Assembly (NCBI GenBank): GCA_963772365.1
Contig: CAVYXA010000001.1
Location: forward strand, 1,664,001 to 1,728,000
Reading direction: 5' to 3'
Length of the DNA: 64,000 nt
Origin: an uncultured Verrucomicrobiae bacterium
GTDB lineage: Bacteria > Verrucomicrobiota > Verrucomicrobiia > Chthoniobacterales > UBA10450
Under the pieces are notes generated by a model, which searched no databases, was not told where the DNA came from, and worked only from the letters and a program-made list of their open reading frames with translations. Below, piece after piece: positions 1-11,442 of the stretch. Both the position numbers and the translations under genes were made by a program. How positions within the stretch are numbered: the stretch's first letter is position 1; each line of letters starts with the position of its first letter.

Positions 1-193
1 TGCGATGGCTCAGAAGTTACAACAGGTGCATGAGTCCGATCCCGAGGCGAAAGTGTTCGTTCGGGGCGACGCCGACACTGTTCACGGAAACATCATCCGG
101 CTTCTCGATCTGCTCCGGGCGGCGGGGTTTTTCAAGATCTCGTTTGAGATTAAGAGCGAAGCCTTGAGCGGAGTGCCCGGCCCCGGCAGATAG
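1..193 (+). CDS. exbD: Biopolymer transport protein ExbD/TolR, C-terminal part (5' end outside window)
   Basis: KVFVRGDADTVHGNIIRLLDLLRAAGFFKISF matches the ExbD periplasmic domain; lies directly upstream of tonB. Confidence 0.8.
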   Translation, partial: AMAQKLQQVHESDPEAKVFVRGDADTVHGNIIRLLDLLRAAGFFKISFEIKSEALSGVPGPGR

Positions 194-202
194 GCAGTTT
201 CT

Positions 203-844
203 ATGGCACAAACCGCGACCATAACCGAGCCAGTGAAACCGGTGCTCTACCGGCCTGCACCAAAGTGGCACGTTTGGGCCGCACTGGGCGCAGCCTTGGC
301 GATTCATCTGACTGCGGTAGCGCTCGCCCAAAAACGCGAAAAACCAGCCGTAAATCTCGAGGATATCCCTATGGCGACGGTCGAGGCCACCTTGGAACCA
401 GTGGAACAGCCGACACCGCCGCCGGAAGAAGTTCTTGCACCGACCCCACCGCCGGAACCCGAAATTAAGCCGGAGTTTCATGAGGAAACCACGCCGCCAC
501 CGCGAATCCAGCGGCCACCAAAAATTGCGCCGATCAAGGCGCCCACTGTTGGCCGGCCCGGTCCGATGACGATTTCCAAAGCAAAAGCGCTGGCAGTGTT
601 TTCGCCAAGACCCGCTTACCCGTACCAAGCGCGGGCCCACCACATTACCGGTAGCGGCGTTTGTGTTGTCACTGTCGATACGGGCAGTGGCCGCGTCACC
701 GATGCCGATATGGCCGTAAGTATCGGCAGCCCGATTCTCGATAACGCTGCCCTGAGTGCTTTCAGAAACTGGCGGTTTAAGCCGGGAACCGTATCAAAAG
801 TTCGAATACCGATCACGTTCACTATGGCCGGCGCTTCCTATTAG
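203..844 (+). CDS. tonB: Energy transducer TonB
   Basis: N-terminal TM helix with His, Pro/Glu-rich linker, C-terminal PAYP...G...LDNAALSAFRNWRFKP TonB_C domain. Confidence 0.9.
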   Translation: MAQTATITEPVKPVLYRPAPKWHVWAALGAALAIHLTAVALAQKREKPAVNLEDIPMATVEATLEPVEQPTPPPEEVLAPTPPPEPEIKPEFHEETTPPPRIQRPPKIAPIKAPTVGRPGPMTISKAKALAVFSPRPAYPYQARAHHITGSGVCVVTVDTGSGRVTDADMAVSIGSPILDNAALSAFRNWRFKPGTVSKVRIPITFTMAGASY

Positions 845-846
845 TT

Positions 847-1317
847 ATGAGACTTCCTTCACCGATACCTCACAAACACGCCCGCATCGAAATCATTCCA
901 CTGATCGACATCATGTTCTTTCTGCTGGCCAGCTTTATGATGGTCAGTTTGAGCCAGACCCACATGAAAGGAATTCGGGTGAATCTTCCTTCCGGAGCAC
1001 CGCCTCCGGGGCCCCCAAAAAAAGATTTCGTTTCCATTCAAGTGCGCGAGGGCAATGCCATCTACGTGGATGGTCGATACGTGGGGCCGGATGACTTGCA
1101 GCCGATGCTCTACCGGCTTCACCAGGCAAATCCGGGTATCAAAGTCTCGATCAGCGCAGAAATGATGGCCCTGCATGGTGATGTGATCGCAGTTTTGGAC
1201 AAGGTGCGCACCGTTGGAATTGACAAGGTCGGCTATCAAATCCGGGCCGCTCAAGCCCCCGGTGCACCCGGCGGAGCGCCACCGGGTGGAGCTCCACCGC
1301 CTCCACCTCCGCCTTGA
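847..1317 (+). CDS. exbD: Biopolymer transport protein ExbD
   Basis: IIPLIDIMFFLLASFM signature; Pro/Gly-rich tail. Confidence 0.9.
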   Translation: MRLPSPIPHKHARIEIIPLIDIMFFLLASFMMVSLSQTHMKGIRVNLPSGAPPPGPPKKDFVSIQVREGNAIYVDGRYVGPDDLQPMLYRLHQANPGIKVSISAEMMALHGDVIAVLDKVRTVGIDKVGYQIRAAQAPGAPGGAPPGGAPPPPPPP

Positions 1318-1940
1318 TCCTCCCATCTGCCTGCTGCCGATCGAACAAAAGTCTCGAAGTAAGTACGATCCAAATTGCGCAGGAGCGCCGCGGCGAATTG
1401 TTGCCGATCCACCTGTCGATCTAACGCCATCGCCAGCGAGATAGCGTGCTCTCGCAATTCTTCCGGAAAATCTTCGCTTCGGTGATTAACATTGATGCCA
1501 ATTCCCGCAATCGCTATGTGCGGCGCATTGGATTGGGCCCGCATTTCCACCAATACTCCTGCGACTTTTCGCTTGTCGATCTCAACATCGTTAGGCGATT
1601 TCATCTTTACTGAAAGGCCAAATTCGCTCCGAATGGAATCTGCTATCGTGGCTGCGGCCCAAGCCGTGAGCCGTGCCGAGTGAGCGAGGTCGATCTTCGG
1701 TCGCAAGAGAAATGAAAACCATAAACCCTTCGAGGCTGCAGATTGCCACCGGTTTCGGCGTTGGCCGCGTCCGGCAGTCTGACATTCGGCAAATATTACC
1801 AAGCCTTCCGGCGTATTCCGACCGGCAAACTGCAAAATGGCATCGTTCGTCGAAGTGGTTTCCTCGAGGACGATAATTTCGCGTCCAATCGTGCAATCTC
1901 TCACTGCGCAACCAAGGGCTTCGGAATCAAGACGCGACAT
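1251..1940 (-). CDS. birA: Biotin-[acetyl-CoA-carboxylase] ligase (no HTH)
   Basis: STND, QTAGRGQRRNRW, KVAGVLVE and GIGINVN motifs; start taken at ATG 1940, overlapping the nadC stop; 3' end overlaps exbD and may be extended. Confidence 0.88.
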   Translation of the reverse strand: MSRLDSEALGCAVRDCTIGREIIVLEETTSTNDAILQFAGRNTPEGLVIFAECQTAGRGQRRNRWQSAASKGLWFSFLLRPKIDLAHSARLTAWAAATIADSIRSEFGLSVKMKSPNDVEIDKRKVAGVLVEMRAQSNAPHIAIAGIGINVNHRSEDFPEELREHAISLAMALDRQVDRQQFAAALLRNLDRTYFETFVRSAAGRWEDQGGGGGGGAPPGGAPPGAPGA

Positions 1941-2790
1941 TCTTGATCTCGAGCGAAAGGTTGATCGCCGGCGCCGAATGAGTGAGCGCGCCGACAGAAA
2001 TGTAATCGACTCCAATCGCGGCAATCTGACGCACGTTAGTTAGGTTGACGCCGCCGCTGGCCTCAAACTTTGCGGCCCCGCCCCGGCGCAACTTTTTGCG
2101 ATATGCCACCGCTTTTCGCATCTCACCGGGGGTCATGTTATCGAGCAGGATAACATCGACATTTGCGATTTGCAGAAGATCGCGGACTTGATCGAGATGG
2201 TCCGCCTCGACCTCGATTCGAATCCGTGGGTGTCTCTTGCGAATTCGCTCGATGGTTTTTGCTAGACTGGATAATCGTGCGCCCGCCACCAGGTGATTGT
2301 CCTTCACCAGAACCATGTCGAACAAACCGAAACGGTGATTCGTGCCGCCGCCCGCCAGGACTGCCGCTTTCTCGAGAAGTCGCAGGCCCGGCGTGGTTTT
2401 ACGCGTATCGAGAATTTGCACGGGCTTGTTCCCCGCAGCTTCGACAAATTTTCGAGTGAGCGTCGCAATTCCGCAAAGATGTTGCAGAAAATTGAGGGCG
2501 ACTCGTTCCGCTTTCAGAATCGAGCGGGCCGAGCCGCGTAATTCGATAATCGGTTGGCCCGGAGCAACCGCACATCCGTCGTGGCGAATGATTCGGATTT
2601 TGATTTTTCGATTGACGCGCCGAAAAACGGCCGCGGCAGTTTTTGTTCCGGCAACAATGCCTCGCTGGCGCGCGACGATTTTGGCCGTGGCCTGTCTTCC
2701 AGCCTGAACAAACGCTTCGGTTGTGATATCGCCTCGCCCAATGTCTTCATTGAGCGCGGCGGTCACAGGATCGAACTTTTTCACGATCAT
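1927..2790 (-). CDS. nadC: Quinolinate phosphoribosyltransferase
   Basis: EDIGRGDITT, DTRKTTPGLR, HRFGL, KDNH, LLDNM and EASGG motifs. Confidence 0.97.
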   Translation of the reverse strand: MIVKKFDPVTAALNEDIGRGDITTEAFVQAGRQATAKIVARQRGIVAGTKTAAAVFRRVNRKIKIRIIRHDGCAVAPGQPIIELRGSARSILKAERVALNFLQHLCGIATLTRKFVEAAGNKPVQILDTRKTTPGLRLLEKAAVLAGGGTNHRFGLFDMVLVKDNHLVAGARLSSLAKTIERIRKRHPRIRIEVEADHLDQVRDLLQIANVDVILLDNMTPGEMRKAVAYRKKLRRGGAAKFEASGGVNLTNVRQIAAIGVDYISVGALTHSAPAINLSLEIKNVAS

Positions 2791-3067
2791 GAAAGGCTCT
2801 CTCAGCTTGATTTTCTATAAACCAATTTGCCGCGCACGTAAGTTTCTGGATCGGCCGAGGAAAATTCGTGGTTCGAAGAAAAAAGATTCGGACGGCGCAC
2901 GCCAAGGAGAAACAGCAAATACGAGAAACGTGCAACCGCCCGAATCGCCTTAACCTGTTAAATTGGACATCGATCCAGGACTACCGTTCGAATTTTTTAC
3001 GAAAAATTCGTATCAGCCCCGCAAACTGCACGAAAACCCGGGTAGCTCCCAGTTCGAAGCGCATCCT

Positions 3068-3982
3068 CTATAGGAGATTTCCCTGTGCGGAGGCGCCAAG
3101 TCGTAACGCTTCCTCGCGCACTTCCTGAAGCAGTGATTTAAATTCACATTTCTCTAACGCCGCGATCAGCTCAGGATAATCGGGGTCAATCCGTAGATTA
3201 TCGATCGGCATTGGCAACTCCATGTTGCAATCGAGCTCCACCATTTTGCGATTTTGTAGAATCTGCTCGCGCGCGTTCGCGAGCTTCTCCCGGCTGCGCT
3301 GGCTTTTTACTTTGTCGATCTTAGCCAGCAATTCGTCGAGCCCGTCAAATTCTCGAATCAAGGCGGCGGCAGTTTTTCGTCCAAAGCCGGCACCGGGAAT
3401 ATTGTCCACGGAATCGCCGGTTAGAGCGAGAACATCGCCAATCATTTTCGGCGGCACTTCCCATTTTGCGGTTGCTTCGGCTTCGCCCAGCAGGGCAAAT
3501 GCATCCTTGGGAGAGGCGAGGTCGGCCTTGGCAGTGGTGTAGACTTTCACGCACGGACCAACCAGTTGATACAGATCTTTGTCGTTGGTAGCGAGAATCA
3601 CTTCCATTCCCGGCCGTTTGCAGCCGGCAATGGCATAACAGCCCATCAGGTCGTCCGCCTCGGTATTCGGCAGCGAGATGCTTTTGAACCCAAGCAACCC
3701 CGTCAGCTTTTCCTGGATGAACTTCAGTTGCGGGACCATCGGTCGCGGCATTTCTTTGCGGGTCTCCTTGTAGGCCGGCTGCAATTTTACCCTGCGTTCC
3801 GGCATTCCTTCGTCCCAAAAAACCGCGCCAAAATCCGGCTGCAGATGTTTCAGCATCAACCGAAGCGTTTTAGTAAAACCGAAAATGGCGTTGGTCGGTT
3901 CGCCCTTCGAATTCGATAGATTCGGAATCGCAAAGAACGAGCGATAAACGTAGTAATGTCCGTCGATAAGCAGAAGCTTCAT
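3068..3982 (-). CDS. Stand-alone 5'-3' exonuclease / flap endonuclease (PolA N-terminal-like)
   Basis: LLLIDG..YRSFFA, EADDL, DKDLYQL and GDSVDNIPG motifs; no polymerase domain follows. Confidence 0.9.
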   Translation of the reverse strand: MKLLLIDGHYYVYRSFFAIPNLSNSKGEPTNAIFGFTKTLRLMLKHLQPDFGAVFWDEGMPERRVKLQPAYKETRKEMPRPMVPQLKFIQEKLTGLLGFKSISLPNTEADDLMGCYAIAGCKRPGMEVILATNDKDLYQLVGPCVKVYTTAKADLASPKDAFALLGEAEATAKWEVPPKMIGDVLALTGDSVDNIPGAGFGRKTAAALIREFDGLDELLAKIDKVKSQRSREKLANAREQILQNRKMVELDCNMELPMPIDNLRIDPDYPELIAALEKCEFKSLLQEVREEALRLGASAQGNLL

Positions 3983-4035
3983 TGCAACGCAGTCTGATGC
4001 TGGATTCTGGATGCAGCATGCTCGATGATCAAGCG

Positions 4036-5151
4036 ATGGCCGAGAGTTGGTTTATTCGAGTTGACGGGAAAGAGTATGGGCCCGCGGAATTGGAGACACT
4101 TCGAGCATGGAAGATCGACAGCCGCGTTTTGCCTACTAACGAGGCCAGATCGGCAGAAAGCGATAAATGGGTCACCGCGGCGGAAATCCCTGGTTTGTTC
4201 GAGACGGAGAATGTGGCAACAGGTTTGCCTGCCACCAGGGATTTGGCACAGGCGCCGATACAACAGCCTCGCAGTTTCGGCCAAATCATCGGCGAGATTT
4301 TTCGGATCTATGGTCGCGGGTTTTTTCAATTTCTCTATCTAACTCTGCTGGTGTTATTGCCGTCGATTTGTGCACAATTGAGCGGCTCGGGATTCAACAG
4401 TTCCTCCACCAATCTTGAACTTAATTCAGCGGCAGCCGCTCTCTTCACTGTATGCATGACTGGACTGAGCCTTGCCGCCTGGCCCGTTTTTATCATCGGC
4501 ATTCAGATTCTAACGGCAGAATTCATGGCTGGCCGAAGACCGAACGTGTTTGGCATCTTTGGAGACATCCTGAAATTTTGGCCTCGGGTGGCGATGCTCT
4601 GCATTCTTGTTTACGGCATTTTCCTTCTACTGAGCGTGTTCGCGGTCGGTATCGCCGCAATGATTATTATCGGCGCGTCATCACCATTCTTGATCCTCAT
4701 CGCATTGGTTTTGCTGAGCGTTCAAGTTTGGTTGTTCGGCCGCTTTTACATCAACGTTCTTTTTTGGCAGCAGTTCGCGGTGCTCGGCGATTCGGATGTG
4801 GCAAGCGCATTGCGCCGGAGCAAAGAACTCGCTCGGAGCGGACGAAACCTCGCGTGGTATCAACGGCCCATGTGGCGCGGCGTTTTCATCTCCTCGCTCT
4901 GGTGCGCATTCGTTCTCGCGATGATTCTGGGCCCGGAATGGCCCATGATCCGGCAGTACTACCATGAGATGATGACCACGACCGATCCAGAAGCGCTCCT
5001 TAAAACCTTACGCGCCGGTTCAACTCCTCACGGTTTTAACGTGGTGGCCTTCGCCCTTGGCCTCGTCCAAACCATTCTGAGACCACTTCTGGGCATCGCC
5101 TTTGTGGTTTTGTATTTTGATGCAACAAGGCAAAAAAAATACTTGCCTTGA
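4036..5151 (+). CDS. GYF_2 (DUF4339)-domain membrane protein
   Basis: WFIRVDGKEYGP...L..W motif followed by about 6 hydrophobic helices. Confidence 0.7.
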   Translation: MAESWFIRVDGKEYGPAELETLRAWKIDSRVLPTNEARSAESDKWVTAAEIPGLFETENVATGLPATRDLAQAPIQQPRSFGQIIGEIFRIYGRGFFQFLYLTLLVLLPSICAQLSGSGFNSSSTNLELNSAAAALFTVCMTGLSLAAWPVFIIGIQILTAEFMAGRRPNVFGIFGDILKFWPRVAMLCILVYGIFLLLSVFAVGIAAMIIIGASSPFLILIALVLLSVQVWLFGRFYINVLFWQQFAVLGDSDVASALRRSKELARSGRNLAWYQRPMWRGVFISSLWCAFVLAMILGPEWPMIRQYYHEMMTTTDPEALLKTLRAGSTPHGFNVVAFALGLVQTILRPLLGIAFVVLYFDATRQKKYLP

Positions 5152-5199
5152 GAAGTCCGATTATAGTAATTATAAGCCGAGACAAGATTCCTTCCTCCA

Positions 5200-5466
5200 A
5201 TGAAAACTAAAATCGTAGCCTGCCTGTTCGGACTCAGCCTGACTTTGCTTTCCGCTTGCTCGACAACCCAAACAGCCGAGCGCCAGACACTCCAACAACG
5301 GCTAATGAATAAATACGCCGCAGCGGACGTGACCGGTGCCGAACCTGCCCCGCCTGCGGAAGGCCCAGAGGATGTTGCCGCGGAAGCACCACAGGATCCA
5401 AAAAAGAATCCCAAGCTGGTTCCCACACCATTGCTCCGGCTGTCAGCCGCGTCCTCCACGCCGTAG
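5200..5466 (+). CDS. Small hypothetical lipoprotein
   Basis: Signal peptide with lipobox LSAC. Confidence 0.65.
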   Translation: MKTKIVACLFGLSLTLLSACSTTQTAERQTLQQRLMNKYAAADVTGAEPAPPAEGPEDVAAEAPQDPKKNPKLVPTPLLRLSAASSTP

Positions 5467-5502
5467 TCTGCGGTTGAAACAAGAATCTCAATCGCGGGCC
5501 TG

Positions 5503-6340
5503 CTACATCCAGAGGCCCCAGGAAAGCAGCGCAGAGGCATCACGCCAGACCCCAGCTTTGCTGTCCCCCAATACGACTACAATGATATCGCGGCCTGGTC
5601 TTGAGCCGCTGGAAATCAGACAATGTCCGGCTGCTTCGGTGTAACCGGTCTTCATCCCATTGCAATAAGGAGAACGGCTCAACACTTTGTTTGTATTTTT
5701 TAGCTCCCGAGTTCGTCCGTTCGCATAACGAAAAACAATGCGGGGATGGCAAACGATGGATCGAATGGTCGGATTTGCATAAGCGGCGCGCGCAATGATG
5801 GACAGATCGCGCGCAGTCGAATATTGTCCGGGCATGGGCAATCCATTGGGATTGACAAAATGTGAATCAATTGCCCCCAGCTCGCGGGCCCGCCGGTTCA
5901 TGATTTCGGCGAAACCTTCGATGCTGCCGGCATAATCGCGGGCCAGGCAACGAGCCACATCATTCGGGCTTTTTACCAGCAATGCGCGCAAAAGTCGATC
6001 CGTCGATAAGTCTCGCCGGATTTGATATTGAGTTTTACCGGTTCGCACAACGTATCGCCGCCCTTAACCGTAACTGGTTCATCCAGGAATCCTCGCTCGA
6101 CGATAATCAATGCGGTCAATAATTTTTGCGTGCTCGCCGGGGCCCGCGATTCATCCGCATTTTTCTCGTACAGAATCTGTCCTGTTCTAGCATCAACAAT
6201 CATCACCGCCCTTGCGCCCGTAGCCGGCGCCTCGCAGAAACGGGAGGGCTTGTCTCTCCATCGGCGAGTGGTCAGGCGCTTTTCGATCTTTGGAGCGCCG
6301 CGACGTTCGCTTTGCCGCGGCCTTTGGGCCGATTTTCCAT
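5503..6340 (-). CDS. D-alanyl-D-alanine carboxypeptidase (S11), frameshifted near 6005; start uncertain
   Basis: STQK (SxxK) in one frame; SPN, NPNGL, STARDL and KTG in another. Confidence 0.8.
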
Positions 6341-6478
6341 AGCTCGGAAACGTGAGTTGGCCCAATCGCGTCCTGCGTCCGCCCGGTAAGCGTGAAGGAA
6401 CAGTCCGATTGCTGTCAGAACTGAAATCTTGCGAATAGTCAGTTTCATCTTGGCGCAAAAAAATTAGAAATAGAGTTT

Positions 6479-6895
6479 TTATGATGCAAGCAGATCACGG
6501 GCTGAAAACGGCGCTTTATGACTTTGCGCGTCGATCAGTTCGATCTCGTAACCTTCTGGCGCATCGACAAATGCGATCCGGCCACTGCTACTCGCGTGCG
6601 GGCCATCGGAAAGCGGATAGCCTTTTGCCGCAGATTCCGTGGCGAACTCATCCAGATCGTCCACTTCAAAGGCGAGATGGGTCAGATCGGGACCAACAAC
6701 GATGGGTCCGCTCTCGTCGAACTTGCAAATCTCGATTTCCTCGTCGCTGTCCGGCGCTTTGAAGAAAACAAATTGCGAACCGCGCCCGGAAGTGTGCCGT
6801 CGAATCTCCTGCAGCCCGAGCACATCTTTGTAGAAGGAGACGGTCTTTTCCAGATCTTTCACGCGATAGCGAGTGTGTAATAGCTTCTTGACCAT
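6479..6895 (-). CDS. VOC / glyoxalase I family protein
   Basis: LLHTRYRV.DLE....FY..VLG, HLAFEV and APEGYEIELI motifs. Confidence 0.85.
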   Translation of the reverse strand: MVKKLLHTRYRVKDLEKTVSFYKDVLGLQEIRRHTSGRGSQFVFFKAPDSDEEIEICKFDESGPIVVGPDLTHLAFEVDDLDEFATESAAKGYPLSDGPHASSSGRIAFVDAPEGYEIELIDAQSHKAPFSARDLLAS

Positions 6896-6952
6896 GACGT
6901 ATCTTATTGCCCCGATTAGCGATTAAATTCAAACTCGGCTTAAATTCCATCG

Positions 6953-7526
6953 ATGAAACTTGTCATCGCCGCGACCGGTGCGAGCGGAACGATTTATCTG
7001 CAGAGATTGCTCGAGCAGATCGATTGCTCGGCGCATGAGGTGCATCTGGTCATGAGCGTCCATGCCCGGCAGGTGGCCGTGCAAGAGATCGATAAACTCA
7101 ACGTTCCGGAAAGGAGTCACCCAGCACACCGAGAACGATCTCAACGTGCCCTATGTCAGCGGTTCGGCGCGCTTTGACGCCATGGTGATCGCACCTTGCT
7201 CGATGGCGACGCTCGGGCGCATTGCCTCCGGTTCGGGCGAGAGCGCCTTGTTGCGCGGCGCTGACGTTTTCTTGAAGGAACGGCGCAAGCTCATTCTTGT
7301 TCCGCGCGAGACACCGTGGAATCTGATTCATGCGCGCAACGTTGCCACGTTGCTCGAGGCGGGCGCGATCGTTCTGCCGGCGATTCCTTCGTTTTACAGC
7401 CGGCCAAAATCGATTGTCGATCTTGTCGACACGGTGGTCTGGCGCATTCTCGATCAACTCGATCTTCCCAGCGCCCGCGCCTACCGCTGGCCGAAGAAAA
7501 CCACTAAAGCCGTCCGCAAACGTTGA
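6953..7526 (+). CDS. ubiX: Flavin prenyltransferase UbiX, frameshifted near 7110
   Basis: TGASG in the first frame; SGS, APCSM.TL, KERRKL and RETP in the second. Confidence 0.9.
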
Positions 7527-8167
7527 AAATCCAAGGTCGGCCCGCGCGTTGGCTAATCGCGTTTGGATTTCATTTGCTCAAACTCTGGGCGCGCACGCTG
7601 CGTTTTGAGATAGACGACCGGGCCGACATCGCAGGCAAACCGGTGGTTGAAAACTACATTGGCGCGATCTGGCACAATCGGTTGCTCATTTGGCCGATCG
7701 TCTTGCGTCGATTTTTTCCGCATCGTTCGGGCGCGGCCCTGATTAGCGCGAGCCGCGACGGCGATCTGCTGGCCGATGCCGTCCAGCGTTTCGGCTACGG
7801 CGTTGTGCGCGGATCCAGCTCGCGCCTGGGTGCGAGCGCGATTCTGCAGCTTTCTGAGTTGCTCGCTTCACATCGAGATGCCGTCATCACGCCGGATGGC
7901 CCGCGCGGCCCGGTTTACGAAATCGGTCCAGGCGTCATATTTCTCGCCCAAAAAACGGGCGCGCCTGTTCTGCCGATGAATCTGGAATATTCGAGCTGCT
8001 GGCGTTTCAAGAGTTGGGACCGATTCATTGTGCCGCGGCCATTCGCGACGATTCGGATCAAGGTCGCGCCGCCATATCGCGTTCGATCGACTTCGACGCC
8101 GGAGGAATTCGAGGCTGAGCGACTCCGTTTGCAAGACGCGATGATGGCACTGGTTGAACGGCGTTGA
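7523..8167 (+). CDS. DUF374 / lysophospholipid acyltransferase family protein
   Basis: WH, SASRDGD, RGSS, TPDGPRGP and SWDRF motifs. Confidence 0.85.
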   Translation: MKIQGRPARWLIAFGFHLLKLWARTLRFEIDDRADIAGKPVVENYIGAIWHNRLLIWPIVLRRFFPHRSGAALISASRDGDLLADAVQRFGYGVVRGSSSRLGASAILQLSELLASHRDAVITPDGPRGPVYEIGPGVIFLAQKTGAPVLPMNLEYSSCWRFKSWDRFIVPRPFATIRIKVAPPYRVRSTSTPEEFEAERLRLQDAMMALVERR

Positions 8168-8184
8168 TTCTTCTAGGTTGCAAT

Positions 8185-9064
8185 ATGGGTAACTTGATCG
8201 ACGGCCGCGCCATTGCCGAAAAAGTCTATGTCGATCTTCGAAGCGAGATCGCGGAGTTAAAAGCGTGCAAGCCTCACGCCCGGTCTCGCCGTCGTTCTGG
8301 TTGGCGACGATCCTGCCTCGCGTGCCTATGTGCGTTCGAAGGACAAGATGAGCCGCGATCTGGGTCTGTATTCGGTCAAACTGGAGCTGCCCGAATCCAC
8401 CACGCAGACGGAGTTGCTCGCGCATGTCGAAAAATTGAATCGCGATCCCGCGGTTCATGGGATCCTGGTCCAGTCTCCGCCGCCCAAACAAATCGATGAA
8501 GCCGCGATTGTGCGCGCATTGGATCCGCGCAAAGACGTCGATGGTTTTCACCCGCTCAACGTTGCCAAGCTCGCGCTGGAAGATCCGACAGCTTTCGTGC
8601 CCTGCACGCCCCTCGGAGTCTTGCGTTTGCTCAACGAAAGCAAGATCGATATCTCCGGCGCGCATGTAGTTATTCTCGGTCGCAGCATGATCGTTGGAAA
8701 ATCGCTGGCCCTGCTGCTCATGCGAAAAGGGACAGACGCGACTGTCACAGTCATTCATTCGCGGACGCGCGATATTCCCGCCCTCACGCGGTCCGCCGAC
8801 ATATTGATCGCAGCGATCGGGCGGCCCAACTTCGTGAAAGCGGAGCATGTCCGCGACGGCGCGGTGATTGTTGATGTCGGAATCAATCGCGTAGAAGACG
8901 CGGCCAGCCCGCGCGGTTATCGATTGGTGGGCGATGTGGCGTTTGATGAAGTTGCGGCAAGGGCTTCGGCTATCACGCCCGTCCCCGGCGGCGTCGGTCC
9001 GATGACTATCGCGATGCTCATGGCAAACACGGTCAAGGCGTGTCGCGAACTCAATTCGGCCTGA
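8185..9064 (+). CDS. folD: Bifunctional methylene-THF dehydrogenase/cyclohydrolase, frameshifted near 8270
   Basis: [24 protein letters not shown] and [10 protein letters not shown] motifs. Confidence 0.95.
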
Positions 9065-10136
9065 CGATTTTCGCAGTCAGCAGCCGCAGAAGAGAAGGCT
9101 GAAAGCGCGCGATTTGTAAGGACGAAAGAGGCAAGACGTGGCGATAGAACCGCGGCGCGAGTCAGTTGGTTGATCCATAATCTGCCGCGGTACATCGCCG
9201 CGTGCGCGTTCGAAAAATCGCGCAAAGCAGATTTACGATCCTGTCCGCGAACGATTTGGATTACAGCGCTTGCCGCGAGTTCTCCGCCGCGCAACGCGTA
9301 ATAGATTCCTTCGCCGGTAAACGGCTCGACGACACAGGCCGCGTCCCCGATTAGAAAAAGATTTTCGTGCGCCGCCGGCAGCGCGGTCCGGGTTAGCGGC
9401 GTAATTGTGCGCCACGCATGGTCGGGAGCGAGCGAAAAGTTTCTTTCCGCCCATTTGCGCAAAGACGAAATGCTCGCTGGCACACCGACAAGACATAGGT
9501 TCAGTTCCCGATCGTTTACCGGCGCCTGGCCGGAATAACCCTCCGGCAGGAATTGCAAGACGACGCGGTTTCCAAAATCGGCAGGCAACGAAACATGGCT
9601 TTGGAGCGCGATGCGCTCGCGAGCAGGTCGCGGCAGGAGATTGCAAAGGCGCGCAACAGTGGAGTTCCGGCCATCGGCTGCGATCAGGATTCGCGCTTCG
9701 ATTGCTTGGTCGCCGGTATCGATCTCCCAATTGTCCGTCGGGGTTTTTCTGATCGCACTGACGGTGGTTGCGTCGCGCACGTCGGCTCCGAGCTTCCTTC
9801 GCGCGAGCTATCAGCAGGTCGTCAAACAAACTGCGTTTGACCGCGATCTCACTCTCGTCGCCGCGCGGCAGATCGACATGTATTTTTTGCCCGGCAATGG
9901 CGATGAATTCGACCGCATCGAGTTTTCCGTGGGGCAACGCGCGCACGCGTTCGAAGACCCCCAGGCGGCGAAGCACCGGCCAGCACGAGGGATTCAGACA
10001 ATCACCGCAAACTTTTTCCCGGGGAAACTTCTCGCGCTCGAGCAAGAGGACGCGCAATCCGGCATTGCGCGCAGAAAGCGGCACAGGCCGAACCGGCCGG
10101 ACCGGCCCCGACGATTGCAACATCGAAAAGTTCCAT
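9051..10136 (-). CDS. FAD-dependent oxidoreductase (geranylgeranyl reductase-like), several frameshifts
   Basis: [27 protein letters not shown] and [13 protein letters not shown] spread across frames. Confidence 0.8.
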
Positions 10137-10259
10137 TTCCGAGAATAAATTACACCGAAGAAAACAAAGATAGCGAAGGTTTCGAGACAAAGAGCGGCAC
10201 CGCAGTTAGCCTCCGTTCATTGGCTGGCGCGCGATGCAATCCCAGACGAGATTCACGTC

Positions 10260-11357
10260 ATGAGCTGGTCTATTCCCATTTTGCGCATCGCCGGAATTCA
10301 ATTGCGGATTCATGTTACGTTTCTACTGCTCATCGCCTGGCTCGCATTTCGGTTACTACTCGCAAGGCGGCGCGCCGGCAGCAATCAACGGAGTGATTCT
10401 GATTCTGTTGCTTTTTCTTTGCGTCGTGCTGCACGAATTCGGCCACGCGCTCGCGGCGAAATCATTCGGCATCAATACGCCTGACATCACGCTGCTTCCG
10501 ATCGGCGGAGTGGCGCGACTGGAGCGAATGCCGGAAGAACCGAGGCAGGAGCTAATCATCGCCGCCGCCGGACCGGCGGTTACGGCTGTAATCGCGCTCG
10601 GTCTTTTTATCATTGCCGAGATTGTGCGCGCTCAAATCCAGTCGCCGCCGATGCAGAGTCCGATCTTGTTTCGTCAACCTGCTTTCAATAAACGTCCTGC
10701 TGCTTCTGTTCAATTTGCTGCCGGCCTTTCCGATGGATGGAGGTCGCGTGCTGCGGGCCTTGCTCGCGACGCGCATGAGTTACGCTCGCGCCACGCAAGT
10801 TGCGGCCACCATCGGACAAGGGTTCGCTTTTATTTTTGGTTTTGTCGGTTTGTTGGATTGATTAGTGGAATCCGTTCTTATATTCATCGCTGTTTTTCGT
10901 TTACATTGGTGCGTCGCAGGAAGCGGCCCTCGCGCAAATGAAAGATATCTCGCGCCGGTTTCCCGTCTCGAGCGCGATGGTGCGCGAATTTCGGACGCTG
11001 CCGGAGAATGCGACGCTGCATGAGGCGGTTGATGCGTTGCTCGCGACGTCGCAGCACGATTTTCCGGTCGTCGATGAAAACAGTAATGTCGCGGGGGTGC
11101 TCACGCGGCACGATCTGATTGCCGCCTTACGCCGGGGCGATCCGGGTCTGCGCGTTGCCGACGTCATGCGGCGCGATATTCCGACGGTCACGACAGGCAC
11201 GCGATTCGAAGAAGCATTCCGGATCATGCAGGAGTGCAATTGTCCGGCTGTGCCGGTGCTCGACCACATGAAACGGCTGGTCGGATTGCTCACGCCGGAA
11301 AATGTGAGCGAGCTCATGATGGTGCAATCGGCGCTGCCCCGGCAGCGCGTAGCATAG
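10260..11357 (+). CDS. Site-2 protease (M50) with C-terminal CBS pair, frameshifted
   Basis: [17 protein letters not shown] and CBS repeats spread across frames. Confidence 0.85.
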
Positions 11358-11442
11358 AGTCCGTAGTATTGTTCGACAAAGCGCGGCGATCCCATTCTCG
11401 ATTGTCGATCTGCGGGCCGGAGCAAGATTAGGAGCGAGAAGC

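Noticed and set aside
1251..1317. Functional poly-Gly tail on BirA
   Set aside because: It is the antisense read of the ExbD poly-Pro tail, probably stop loss or an indel
2868..3128. 86-aa ORF between nadC and the exonuclease
   Set aside because: No motif, it overlaps the exonuclease end, and it cannot be supported
7868..8848. Long antisense ORFs (for example 7868-8848, 38866-39711, 25654-26523)
   Set aside because: Shadow frames of well-supported genes in GC-rich DNA, with no recognisable motifs
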